The notes below the pieces were generated by a model. It saw only the letters and a program-made list of their open reading frames with translations, was not told the DNA's origin and did not search any database. Source: Alphaproteobacteria bacterium (GTDB lineage: Bacteria > Pseudomonadota > Alphaproteobacteria > RF32 > CAG-239). Taken from it: 64,000 nucleotides of DNA. Position numbers and translations under genes: made by a program. Each line of letters begins with the position of its first letter. The first letter of the stretch is position 1. Below are positions 1 to 9,867 of the stretch, piece by piece. The DNA is taken from NCBI GenBank assembly GCA_047975765.1, contig JBKEEF010000003.1, positions 3,923 through 67,922 of the forward strand, given 5' to 3'.

Positions 1-503
1 ACCAAATTTTCAGGCAAAGCATAAGTATATGCTTCATAAGGCATAGTTTGGTGGAAAGATGTATCAAACACAAGAACTTGAGAAATTTTTGGCAAAACTT
101 CTTGAACTGCACGAATAACTGTAACAGCTGCTGGGTTATGAAGTGGAGCTAAAGTTGAAAGTTCATCAACTTTCAAGATATTTTCTTCAGTTGCTTTTGC
201 AGAAGATTTGAAATATGCACCACCTTGAACCACTCTCTGACCAATTGCAGAAATTTCATCAAGACTTCCAATGATGCCGTCCAAAAGAATTTTCAAAATT
301 GCTTCCAAAGCATCTTTGTGAGATTTTAACTCAACTTGAACATCTTTGCTTGTGCCATTAAATTTTACGCTTACAAAAGAAGCATCACGATTAATACGCT
401 CAGCATTTCCCTTTGCCACAACATTATAGTTTTCACCATCAACTGTGAAAAGTTGATATTTAAGTGTTGATGAACCTGAGTTCAGAACAAGAATTTTTTT
501 CAT
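1..503 (-). CDS. ackA: Acetate kinase, N-terminal ~167 aa; ORF continues off the left edge
   Basis: Reverse-strand translation from ATG at 503-501 gives MKKILVLNSGSSTLKYQLF..., a typical AckA N-terminus. Immediately downstream of pta on the same strand. Truncated by the window edge, so absent from the ORF track. Confidence 0.8.
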   Translation of the reverse strand, partial: MKKILVLNSGSSTLKYQLFTVDGENYNVVAKGNAERINRDASFVSVKFNGTSKDVQVELKSHKDALEAILKILLDGIIGSLDEISAIGQRVVQGGAYFKSSAKATEENILKVDELSTLAPLHNPAAVTVIRAVQEVLPKISQVLVFDTSFHQTMPYEAYTYALPENL

Positions 504-657
504 TTTTTATTTTTTCCTATTTTTTAGTTTTTATTTTTAATTAAGGCAATTCCTTCATAAAGTTATTATATTCGACTAATGCGAAGAAATTTTTGAACGA
601 CGTTGGCACATAGCCCAACGAGAGAAAAAATTACCAGCAGAAGTCAATAGAATAACT

Positions 658-1665
658 TTACTTCACGGCTTGAAGAGCTGTGATAGCAATAACACCTACA
701 ATATCTTCTGCAAAAGCACCACGAGACAAATCATTAATTGGTGCATTTAACCCTTGAAGCATTGGACCATAGGCTTCACATCCACCTAGTCTTTGCAAAA
801 GTTTGTAGCCGATGTTTCCTGTGTTCAAATCAGGGAAGATGAGCGTATTTGCACGTCCGCCAACTTTACTGACTGGAGCTTTTTTAGTTGCAACAACAAC
901 ATCAAGTGCTGCATCTGCTTGCATTTCACCATCGAGCAAAATATTTTTGCTTTTATATTCATCTGCTTCCAACATTTCTTTAGCTAACTTTGTTGCTTCA
1001 CGAACTTTATCAACACCTTCACCTGTACCTGAACCAAATGTAGAATATGAAAGCATTGCAATTCTTGGATCCATGCCAAACTGCATCACACTTTCAGCTG
1101 TTGAAATTGCAATATCAGCAAGTTCTTGAGCTGTTGGATTAATGTTGATGGCACAATCTGAGAAGAAATATTGCTTACCATTAGAAATCATAATCAAAAG
1201 AGAGGAAACTGTTCTTCCTTTTTTTGCAGATTTAATAATTTGTAACGCAGGACGAACTGTATCAGCTGTTGAGTGATTCGCACCACTTACCATTCCATCA
1301 GCATGTCCAGATTTTACCATCAAAGTTCCGAAATAGTTATAGTTCAATGCTGTTTTTTGAGCTTGTTCAAGTGTCATGCCTTTATCTTTACGGAGTTCAT
1401 ACAAAAGATTCGTATATTCTTCCAACTTTTCTGATTCTTCAGGCTTGATGATTGTGATACCTTCTAAGTTCCAATTATTGTCATCATAGTAATGCTTGAT
1501 TTCTTTATAGTCACCTAAGATGATGATTTTAGCTGCTTTTTCTTTATTAATGATGTTCGCAGCGCGAAGAACTCGAGGATCTTCTCCCTCAGGCAAAACA
1601 ATTGTTTTATAATGAACTCTTGCCTTATCAACAAGGCTCTTCAAATATTGACTTTCTATCATCAT
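658..1665 (-). CDS. pta: Phosphate acetyltransferase (short ~330 aa form)
   Basis: 335 aa with Pta motifs (GANHSTADTVRPALQ, SDCAININP, DLSRGA); adjacent to ackA. Confidence 0.85.
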   Translation of the reverse strand: MMIESQYLKSLVDKARVHYKTIVLPEGEDPRVLRAANIINKEKAAKIIILGDYKEIKHYYDDNNWNLEGITIIKPEESEKLEEYTNLLYELRKDKGMTLEQAQKTALNYNYFGTLMVKSGHADGMVSGANHSTADTVRPALQIIKSAKKGRTVSSLLIMISNGKQYFFSDCAININPTAQELADIAISTAESVMQFGMDPRIAMLSYSTFGSGTGEGVDKVREATKLAKEMLEADEYKSKNILLDGEMQADAALDVVVATKKAPVSKVGGRANTLIFPDLNTGNIGYKLLQRLGGCEAYGPMLQGLNAPINDLSRGAFAEDIVGVIAITALQAVK

Positions 1666-1840
1666 GAATCCCTTTTTTAGTTGTGTTTAATTAATTTTAC
1701 TGTAAATAAACACTATATTGCTCAAAAGTCTAGATAAAATTGCAAATATATGCTGATTTTTACATAAAAAACTTTGATTTTTAGATTTAATTATAATATA
1801 TTCCAAATTGTCTATAGATATAAATTAGGATTTAAGAAAA

Positions 1841-2257
1841 ATGGAAAGAACCTTATCAATTATAAAACCTGATGCAACATCAAGAAATATAACAGGTAAA
1901 GTTGTTAGTATGATTGAAGAAAATGGCTTAAAAGTCGTTGCTCAAAAGAGAATTAAACTCTCTCCTGAACAAGCAGGAGCATTTTATGCTGAACACAAAG
2001 AAAAACCTTTTTACCAAAGTTTAGTTGATTTTATGACTTCAGCTCCTGTTGTTGTTCAAGTTTTGGAAGCACCAGATGCCATTCAAAAATATCACAAAGT
2101 TATGGGGGCAACAAACCCAGCAAATGCTGAAGCTGGCACAATCAGAAAAGAGCTTGCCATTTCAATTGATAAAAACTCAGTCCATGGCTCAGATTCTCAA
2201 GAAAGTGCAAAACGTGAAATTGCTTTTTTCTTTAATGAAAATGAAATTGTAGGTTAG
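1841..2257 (+). CDS. ndk: Nucleoside diphosphate kinase
   Basis: 138 aa, [12 protein letters not shown]... NDK signature and catalytic His context (NSVHGSDS). Confidence 0.9.
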   Translation: MERTLSIIKPDATSRNITGKVVSMIEENGLKVVAQKRIKLSPEQAGAFYAEHKEKPFYQSLVDFMTSAPVVVQVLEAPDAIQKYHKVMGATNPANAEAGTIRKELAISIDKNSVHGSDSQESAKREIAFFFNENEIVG

Positions 2258-2267
2258 GAGAGACATT

Positions 2268-3335
2268 TTGAAAAATTTCGGTAAACTCTGCATTATCCTC
2301 CTAAGCACCATAATTTTTTCCAAATTGGCATTTGCGCAAATGTCCATTTATGATGTTGATGTTTATGTTGATGTGACAGCAGAAAGTGCTGCTTCAGCAA
2401 AAGAAGAAGCGATGACACAAGCAAACAGAACTGCTTTCAATACAGTTGCTCGCAAAATCACGACAAACGAAACTTATGCTCTTCTTGCTGATATGAATGA
2501 TGATCAAATTTTGAACTTCATTAAAGAAGTGACGATTAAGTCTGAAAAATCATCAAACGTTCGCTACATGGCAAACCTTCGTGTGACAATTAATGATGAA
2601 CTTCTCAAACAATATATGGCTGAAAAAAGCATAACCCCTGCAATTGTTAGTGCGTCAAACATTCTCATCATCCCAACTTTCAGAGAATTCAAAACAGACA
2701 CTCCAATGCTTTGGGAAGCAGATAATATATGGAGAAAAGCTTGGGAAGAAGAAAATAACAAGGAAGATGATATTGTCAAATTTTCAAGCATTATCCCAAA
2801 TGGTTCAAACTATGCCAGTTTGGATGTAAAAAAAGCACTTAATTTGAATAAGTCAGCAATGGAACAAGTTTCTTTTAACAATGGAACATCAGATATCTAT
2901 GTTGCTGATGCTGTTTATAATGGAATTGAGGGAATCACTGTTAACATTTTGTCTTACCAAGATGGTAGTACGGAAGTTGTTGAAATTTATGGTGATCGTT
3001 CTCCACAGCTTTTAATCAACGCAATTGCTGAAGTTAAAAAAGCAATTATTAACAAGCTTAAAAATCAAAGTATCATTGAAAATACTCAAAGAAATAAAGT
3101 CACAGCAATTTATGATTATCGCAGTATGTCTGAATGGGTAAAGATTGAAAAATCACTTCGTGAAGTTGGCCGGGTTAATGACATTAAAATTGTGGCAATG
3201 ACAAGTGGTAAAGTTCAATTTGAAATTGATTTCACAGGCTCTTTAGAAAAACTTGAACAAAAACTAAATGCAAGAAATTTTTATCTCATTCCTCAGGGTG
3301 AGGCTTACATCCTAGAAAAAAGAGAACAACAATAG
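2268..3335 (+). CDS. Secreted hypothetical protein (signal peptide, TTG start)
   Basis: 355 aa; N-terminal hydrophobic signal LCIILLSTIIFSKLAFAQ; RBS AGGAGAG upstream of the TTG start; no recognisable domain. Confidence 0.5.
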   Translation: MKNFGKLCIILLSTIIFSKLAFAQMSIYDVDVYVDVTAESAASAKEEAMTQANRTAFNTVARKITTNETYALLADMNDDQILNFIKEVTIKSEKSSNVRYMANLRVTINDELLKQYMAEKSITPAIVSASNILIIPTFREFKTDTPMLWEADNIWRKAWEEENNKEDDIVKFSSIIPNGSNYASLDVKKALNLNKSAMEQVSFNNGTSDIYVADAVYNGIEGITVNILSYQDGSTEVVEIYGDRSPQLLINAIAEVKKAIINKLKNQSIIENTQRNKVTAIYDYRSMSEWVKIEKSLREVGRVNDIKIVAMTSGKVQFEIDFTGSLEKLEQKLNARNFYLIPQGEAYILEKREQQ

Positions 3336-3343
3336 GAAAAAAC

Positions 3344-4399
3344 ATGAAAAAATCCGGAAACAACTGGTTCTTTTGGCTCTCTATCTTTGCTCTCTTTTGC
3401 GTTTTTGTTTACGCAACAAGATCTGTCATCCTTCCTTTTGTTGCCGGAATTCTCATTGGCTACCTGTTTGACCCTTTTGTAGTGAAGCTTTCACGTTTCA
3501 AAATTAATAGAACATTAGCAACCTTTCTTGTTCTTCTCATTATCATTCTGATTTTGGTTCCTTCCTTCATCATTTTGATTAAAATTGCGAATGAACAAAT
3601 TGTGAGATTCATACATAGCCTTCCAAATTTGATTGCTTCTCTCAAAAATAAAATTGAACCTTTATTACAAGATGCCAACAAAAGCTTTCCATTTTTAACG
3701 ACTTCTGAAATTGTTGACTACATCAATAACAACGTCGCAAATTCAGTAAAATTTGCTGGTTCTATTTTGGGAAAAATTGTTAGTGGAAGCTTTGCTTTTG
3801 TAAACGTTGTTTCTCTCCTCATTATTACCCCTGTTGTGGCATTTTATATGCTTCGCGACTGGACACTCTTCACAAAGAAAATCGACGATTTACTCCCTGT
3901 CAAATCTAAAAAAGAGATTCGCTCCATTGCAAGCCAAGTGGACAAAGCTATTGCCGGTTTTATTAGAGGGCAACTCAGTGTATGTGTCATTTTAGGTTTA
4001 TTCTATTCTATGGGGCTTTATTTCATTGGGCTCCAACTTGGTGTTTTAGTTGGATTTATGGCAGGCTTAATCTCTTTCATTCCATACATTGGTTCAATCA
4101 GTGGTTTTGCAACATCAATCATCATTGCTTTGATTCAATTTGATACTTATTCTGAAGTCATTCAAGTTGTTTGCCTTTTCGGTTTAGGCCAAGTTTTAGA
4201 AGGAAGTTTCCTCACTCCAAAGCTCGTTGGAGATTCTGTTGGTCTTCACCCAGTTTGGATTATGTTTGCTTTGCTTGCTGGCGGTGTTTTACTTGGTTTC
4301 CTTGGTATTATGATTGCTGTTCCAATTGCTGCAATTATTGGCGTATTAACCAGACATTTCATCCAAAAATACAAAGAAAGCCAAATTTATAAGGGCTAA
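3344..4399 (+). CDS. AI-2E family (PerM/UPF0118) membrane transporter
   Basis: 351 aa polytopic membrane protein with architecture typical of the AI-2E family. Confidence 0.65.
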   Translation: MKKSGNNWFFWLSIFALFCVFVYATRSVILPFVAGILIGYLFDPFVVKLSRFKINRTLATFLVLLIIILILVPSFIILIKIANEQIVRFIHSLPNLIASLKNKIEPLLQDANKSFPFLTTSEIVDYINNNVANSVKFAGSILGKIVSGSFAFVNVVSLLIITPVVAFYMLRDWTLFTKKIDDLLPVKSKKEIRSIASQVDKAIAGFIRGQLSVCVILGLFYSMGLYFIGLQLGVLVGFMAGLISFIPYIGSISGFATSIIIALIQFDTYSEVIQVVCLFGLGQVLEGSFLTPKLVGDSVGLHPVWIMFALLAGGVLLGFLGIMIAVPIAAIIGVLTRHFIQKYKESQIYKG

Positions 4400-4481
4400 C
4401 CCCCTCGTCTGTTAATCATTATTTTATCATTTAAGCTTATCCTAGAACCAAAGTTTTTGATTTATTTTTGGGGAAATCTTT

Positions 4482-5531
4482 ATGATAAACTATATAATGA
4501 CCACAATGGACACTTATATCTTCAGTTCATTAATTATTCGAATTGTTCTGGCATTTTTGACAACTTTTTTGCTTTCAATTATATTTGGAAATAAAGCAAT
4601 TGCACTCCTTCGTGCAAAACAAGGAAAAGGTCAACCTATTCGTGAAGACGGACCTCAAAGCCATCTCCTCACAAAAAAAGGCACTCCAACAATGGGCGGG
4701 CTTTTGATTATTGCAACAACGCTTATCAGTTGTCTATTTTGGGCTAAATGGTCTAACATCTTTGTTCTCACATCTCTTGCTGTCTTAGTTATCTACGCTT
4801 TTGTGGGTTTCTTAGATGACTACGAAAAAGTGAAAAAACAAACATCAAATGCAATGAGTGCTAAAATGAAGCTCCTTCTTCAGTTTTCAGTTTCATTCAT
4901 TTGCGTACTCATCATCACTTATGCCACCCCAGATAATATAAAATATGACCTCAGATTCCCGTCAATCTACCCAATTTTTAGCACTTTCTCTATCAATCTT
5001 TTTTGGTTTTACATTCCATTTGCAATGGTGGTTATTGCAGGTGCTTCAAATGCTGTTAACCTTACAGACGGATTAGATGGTCTTGCCGCAGGACTTCTCA
5101 CCACAATATTCATTTTCTTCATTATGACTTGCCTTGAAACAAGCTTTATAATCAACGGCACACAAGAAGTGGCAGTTATTTGTTCAGCAGTTGCAGGAGC
5201 TTGCTTAGGTTTTCTATGGTTCAACTGCGCACCTGCGAAAATTTTTATGGGAGATACAGGTTCTCTAGCACTTGGTGCTTTACGTGGAACAATTTCTGTG
5301 CTCACCAAAAGTGAGATTGTTTTAGCAATTGTTGGGCTCATTTTTGTCATTGAAGCTGTTTCTGTGATGATTCAAATTTTCTGGTTCAAAAGAACAGGAA
5401 AAAGATTTTTCAAAATGGCACCAATCCATCATCATTTTGAACAAATGGGTATTCCTGAAACGACAATTGTTATAAGATTCTGGATTATCGGAATTCTACT
5501 TGCTGCATTTGGACTAATTGCTGTTTACTAA
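4482..5531 (+). CDS. mraY: Phospho-N-acetylmuramoyl-pentapeptide transferase
   Basis: 349 aa; MraY motifs (TKKGTPTMGG, NAVNLTDGLDGLA, MGDTGSLALG). Confidence 0.9.
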   Translation: MINYIMTTMDTYIFSSLIIRIVLAFLTTFLLSIIFGNKAIALLRAKQGKGQPIREDGPQSHLLTKKGTPTMGGLLIIATTLISCLFWAKWSNIFVLTSLAVLVIYAFVGFLDDYEKVKKQTSNAMSAKMKLLLQFSVSFICVLIITYATPDNIKYDLRFPSIYPIFSTFSINLFWFYIPFAMVVIAGASNAVNLTDGLDGLAAGLLTTIFIFFIMTCLETSFIINGTQEVAVICSAVAGACLGFLWFNCAPAKIFMGDTGSLALGALRGTISVLTKSEIVLAIVGLIFVIEAVSVMIQIFWFKRTGKRFFKMAPIHHHFEQMGIPETTIVIRFWIIGILLAAFGLIAVY

Positions 5532-5546
5532 AAGGAATAAACAAAG

Positions 5547-6677
5547 ATGTTTGCTTTTTCAAGAAATAGCAAAGGGATAATTGCCAACTGGTGGTGGACA
5601 GTGGACAAGGTGTTGCTCACTTGCCTCACCCTCATTATTATCATTGGAATTTTTCTCAACTTCACTGCTAGCCCTGCCGTTGCAAATCGCATTGGATTCG
5701 ACAGTTATCACTTTGTAAAAAGACAAATCTTTTTCTTACCAATAACCTATGGGCTTATGGTTTTGATTTCAATGCAAAGATTGAAAACAATTCGCCGTAT
5801 CGCTATCATTGGATATGTTATTACATTATTCCTCTTGTTGCTGACAATTTTTGGAGGTTATGAAACAAAAGGTGCTTCTCGTTGGATTAAAATTTTGGGT
5901 TTTTCACTTCAACCTTCAGAATTTGCAAAACCAACATTCATCGTAGTTTCTGCTTGGCTCTTTGATGGACAGATGAAAAATAAAAACTTCCCTGGAAACA
6001 TCATTTCATTTTTACTTTTTGGACTAACAGCAGGGCTTTTGATTTTACAGCCAGATTTTGGCATGACAATTGTTCTCACACTTATTTGGTTATTCCAATT
6101 TTTCCTTTCTGGACTTTCAATCACACTGGTAGCCATTCTTGTTTTTGGCTGTCTGATTATGGGTGTTCTGGCATATTTTACTCTAGACCATGTCCACACT
6201 CGAATTCAACAATTTCTGGACAATGAAAACAATCTGAGTTTTCAGATCAAAAAATCAATTGAAGCTTTTCAAAGTGGGAATATCTTTGGCAGAGGTCCTG
6301 GAGAAGGCATTGTTAAAGCACATATCCCCGATGCACACACAGACTTTATTTTCGCAGTTGCCGCAGAAGAATTTGGAATTTTTCTTTGCTTCATTATCAT
6401 TGGGCTGTTTTCCATTGTAGTCGTCCGTTCAATGATATTATCCATGAAAGATAATAACTTTTTTATCATTCTATCTGCTTCAGGACTTTCTGCTTCTTTC
6501 GGACTACAAGCAATTATCAATATGGCTTCAACAGTTCATCTCATCCCAACCAAAGGTATGACACTTCCATTTATCTCTTATGGTGGTTCTTCGCTTCTAG
6601 CCACAGCTCTTGGAATGGGAATTCTCTTGGCAGTGACCAGAAGGAACGTTCACGCTGAAGATAAAGATGATGAATAA
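5547..6677 (+). CDS. ftsW: SEDS-family peptidoglycan glycosyltransferase, FtsW-like
   Basis: 376 aa polytopic protein with FtsW/RodA conserved segments (QPSEFAKP, PDAHTDFIFA, LIPTKGMTLPFISYGGSS); sits in the dcw cluster. Confidence 0.8.
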   Translation: MFAFSRNSKGIIANWWWTVDKVLLTCLTLIIIIGIFLNFTASPAVANRIGFDSYHFVKRQIFFLPITYGLMVLISMQRLKTIRRIAIIGYVITLFLLLLTIFGGYETKGASRWIKILGFSLQPSEFAKPTFIVVSAWLFDGQMKNKNFPGNIISFLLFGLTAGLLILQPDFGMTIVLTLIWLFQFFLSGLSITLVAILVFGCLIMGVLAYFTLDHVHTRIQQFLDNENNLSFQIKKSIEAFQSGNIFGRGPGEGIVKAHIPDAHTDFIFAVAAEEFGIFLCFIIIGLFSIVVVRSMILSMKDNNFFIILSASGLSASFGLQAIINMASTVHLIPTKGMTLPFISYGGSSLLATALGMGILLAVTRRNVHAEDKDDE

Positions 6678-6693
6678 AAATTAAGGAAATGAT

Positions 6694-7629
6694 ATGCTAA
6701 AAAGATTTTTTAATAATATATTTAAAAAGAGCTTAATTAACATTCTTCCACAAGTTCGTGGAAAATATGTTGAAAATGCTCCAATGAGTAAACACACATG
6801 GTTTGCTGTTGGCGGTCCTGCTGAAGTTATGTTTTTTCCTGAAGATGAGGAAGACTTAAAATATTTTCTGAAAAACAAACCTTATAATGTTCCAGTCACT
6901 GTTGTTGGTGGAGGTTCAAACCTCTTGGTTCGTGACGGAGGTGTTCCAGGAGTGGTTATTAAACTAGATAGTCCATATTTCAGAAAACATTTTGTTAATC
7001 AAGATCGTTCCGTCACCTGTTTTGCAGGCAAAAAAAATGTTGAACTCAAAAAAACAATTTTAGAATGTGAGCTTAGTGGCATTGAATTTCTGTGTTCTAT
7101 TCCTGGAGCAATTGGTGGATGCGTAAAGACTAATGCTGGATGTTATGGAACTGAAGTCAAAGATGTTATTAAAGAAGCTAAAATTATTGATGGAATGGGA
7201 AATGAAAAAATTATTGGTGCTGATGATTTAAAACTTTCATATCGCAATAGCCTCTTTCCCGATGACTGGATTCTCATTTCTATAACCTTTAATACAAAAA
7301 AAGACACCCGAGAAAACATCCAAAAAACATTAGATGAACATCGCAAACACCGTATTGAAAAACAACCATATAACAAAAGAACTGCTGGTTCAACTTTCAA
7401 AAACCCTCAAGGTTTGAGAGCATGGGAACTCATCAAAAAGTCAGGTGCAGACAAATTTGAAGTTGGCGGTGCAAAAGTTTCTGAAAAACACTGTAACTTT
7501 CTCATCAATGAAGGAACAGCAACTGCAAGTGACATTGAAACTTTGGGTGAAAAAATTGTTCAAAGAGTGAAAGAAGAAACATCAATCACACTTGAATGGG
7601 AAGTTAAACGTTTAGGTATAAATAAGTAG
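6694..7629 (+). CDS. murB: UDP-N-acetylenolpyruvoylglucosamine reductase
   Basis: 311 aa; FAD-binding VGGGSNLLV and MurB C-terminal motifs. Confidence 0.85.
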   Translation: MLKRFFNNIFKKSLINILPQVRGKYVENAPMSKHTWFAVGGPAEVMFFPEDEEDLKYFLKNKPYNVPVTVVGGGSNLLVRDGGVPGVVIKLDSPYFRKHFVNQDRSVTCFAGKKNVELKKTILECELSGIEFLCSIPGAIGGCVKTNAGCYGTEVKDVIKEAKIIDGMGNEKIIGADDLKLSYRNSLFPDDWILISITFNTKKDTRENIQKTLDEHRKHRIEKQPYNKRTAGSTFKNPQGLRAWELIKKSGADKFEVGGAKVSEKHCNFLINEGTATASDIETLGEKIVQRVKEETSITLEWEVKRLGINK

Positions 7630-8493
7630 ATGTTATTCATAAAAACAAAAGAAAAAAGCGAAAACGACAAAAAGGTGATGCTTCCAAAGCATTGGCCCTT
7701 TCGTCTTATTGGAAATTTATTCCTCATTTCTTTTGTTTTTTGCCTTTCACTCATTACAATCACCATTCGTGAAGAACTTATCTCTAAAAAACTGACTGAT
7801 TTAGAACAAACTTTTTATGAAAAGACAACGAAGTTTGGTTTCACAATTGATGACATCATCATTGAAAACCGTCAAATCACCACGCTCAAAGAAATTGAAA
7901 AAGCTTTAGAGTTAACTCGTCAAAACAACATATTAAGCACACCTCCAAGAGTTATTAAGGAGAAATTAGAAAAACTGCCATGGATTAAAAATGCAATTGT
8001 CAAAAGAAACTATTTTCCAAACGTAATACAAGTCTCCTTGGTGGAAAAAGATGTCGAAGCTATTTGGCAACTAAATAACAAATTTTATCCAATTGATGAA
8101 GACGGAAAAGTCATTGATGCAGAATACATTCCAAATAAACCTGTTTTGTTAATTGTCGGAAAAGGAGCTCCAGACAACTTCAAAAACTTATTCCCAATCA
8201 TCAAAAACAACAATGAAATTTTCAAAAGAATCAAAGTTGCTAACTACATTTCAAATCGACGCTGGAACCTCATTCTAGACAATATTGAACATGGTATAAC
8301 CATAAAACTCCCTGAAGAAAACATTCCTCAAGCTTGGGAAAAGTTGATAAAAATAGACAAATCAGAAGGCATTATTAAGCGTAAATTAACTATCATAGAT
8401 TTAAGATTACCAAATAAAATTATCGTAAAAATCGGTAAAATGACCGATAAAGAAAAAGAAAATATAAAAAACACTAAAGAATCAAAAACTTAA
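7630..8493 (+). CDS. ftsQ: Cell division protein FtsQ (single TM + POTRA-like)
   Basis: 287 aa; N-terminal TM helix; lies between murB and ftsA. Confidence 0.7.
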   Translation: MLFIKTKEKSENDKKVMLPKHWPFRLIGNLFLISFVFCLSLITITIREELISKKLTDLEQTFYEKTTKFGFTIDDIIIENRQITTLKEIEKALELTRQNNILSTPPRVIKEKLEKLPWIKNAIVKRNYFPNVIQVSLVEKDVEAIWQLNNKFYPIDEDGKVIDAEYIPNKPVLLIVGKGAPDNFKNLFPIIKNNNEIFKRIKVANYISNRRWNLILDNIEHGITIKLPEENIPQAWEKLIKIDKSEGIIKRKLTIIDLRLPNKIIVKIGKMTDKEKENIKNTKESKT

Positions 8494-8507
8494 AAGAGGG
8501 AGCAACA

Positions 8508-9761
8508 GTGTCAAATTCTTTTAACCGACTAACTACCATTGCAGCATTAGATATTGGCTCATCAAAAGTGTGCTGTATTATTGCAAAAATCAGTCGTGAT
8601 AAAAAAGTTTCCGTTGTTGGCTATGGTTATAATGCATCAAAGGGAATCAAAAATGGTTGCATTACAGATATTAACCAAGCTACCCTTTCTGTCTGTAATG
8701 CTATTGAAAATGCTGAACAAATGGCAAATGAACGCATTGACCGCATCATTGTCAATATTGCAGGAGATAAAATCAAAAGTGCTATCAAAAGTGCTGTTAT
8801 TCCAATTGGAAAAAATAGACCTATCAATGAATCTGATATTGTTAAAGTTATTGAAAAAGGTAGCAGCAAAATCAATGTTGAAGACAATGAACTCATTCAC
8901 TGCATTCCAACCAGATACTGTGTCAACAATGGTGAAGAAACCAAAGACCCGAGAAACATTTTCAGTGAAACGCTTTCCGTAGATATTTTACTTGGTCTTG
9001 TTCCAGAAATCAATTTCAGAAATATGGCAACTGTCATTGAAAATTCTCATCTAGAAATTGCTGGAAAAGCTTTTTCATCTTATGCTTCATCTCTTTCTTG
9101 CTTAGTTGAAGATGAAAAAGAAATTGGAGCAACCATTATTGATATTGGTGGTGGAACAACAAGTATTGCCACATTCAGAAACGGCTACCCTATTTATTTC
9201 AACTCCATTGCAGTTGGTGGAAATAATATCACCAATGACATTGCTTGGGGTTTGACCACTTCTTTCACACACGCAGAAAGACTTAAAACACTTCACGGCT
9301 GTGCATTTCTAACTTCTCATGACGAAGAAGAAACACTCAATGTTTATCCTGTTGGAGAAGAAGATGACAGCTCTATTCGTCAAATTCCAAAATCTGACCT
9401 TATCAAGATAATCACACCGCGTGTTGAAGAAATCTTTGAATTAATCAATAAAAAGCTAGACGAATTGGGTCTAAAAGATGTATCAAGTCATCGTGTCGTT
9501 TTAACAGGAGGTTCAAGTCAGCTTCCTGGTATTAGAGAAATTGCTTCAATGGTTCTTGATAAACAAGTCAGACTAGGAAAACCAAGAAATAATTTCAGTC
9601 TTCCAGACAATCTTTATAATCCGGCTTTCTCAACTGCTGTCGGATTGATATTATTTGCACTGAATTATACAGAAAAAAAACCAAATAAAGTTATCAGCAA
9701 ATCAACATCAAACACTGGCTTTTTCAGCAGTATCTTTGGTTGGATGAAACAAAACTTTTAG
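8508..9761 (+). CDS. ftsA: Cell division protein FtsA (GTG start)
   Basis: 417 aa actin-like ATPase (ALDIGSSKV, DIGGGTT motifs); RBS AAGAGGG precedes the GTG. Confidence 0.9.
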   Translation: MSNSFNRLTTIAALDIGSSKVCCIIAKISRDKKVSVVGYGYNASKGIKNGCITDINQATLSVCNAIENAEQMANERIDRIIVNIAGDKIKSAIKSAVIPIGKNRPINESDIVKVIEKGSSKINVEDNELIHCIPTRYCVNNGEETKDPRNIFSETLSVDILLGLVPEINFRNMATVIENSHLEIAGKAFSSYASSLSCLVEDEKEIGATIIDIGGGTTSIATFRNGYPIYFNSIAVGGNNITNDIAWGLTTSFTHAERLKTLHGCAFLTSHDEEETLNVYPVGEEDDSSIRQIPKSDLIKIITPRVEEIFELINKKLDELGLKDVSSHRVVLTGGSSQLPGIREIASMVLDKQVRLGKPRNNFSLPDNLYNPAFSTAVGLILFALNYTEKKPNKVISKSTSNTGFFSSIFGWMKQNF

Positions 9762-9867
9762 GTTTTGACATAAAAATAACTAAAAAAACAATCTTAGTAA
9801 CTAAAACTTAAATTTTTAAGCTTATCCTATGGGTATGTATGAAGAATTCAATGGAGAAATAAACACA

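Noticed and set aside
8554-9296. Overlapping alternative-frame ORFs within ftsA (142 aa + strand, 87-89 aa minus strand)
   Set aside because: They lie inside a well-supported conserved gene and are low-complexity frame artefacts.
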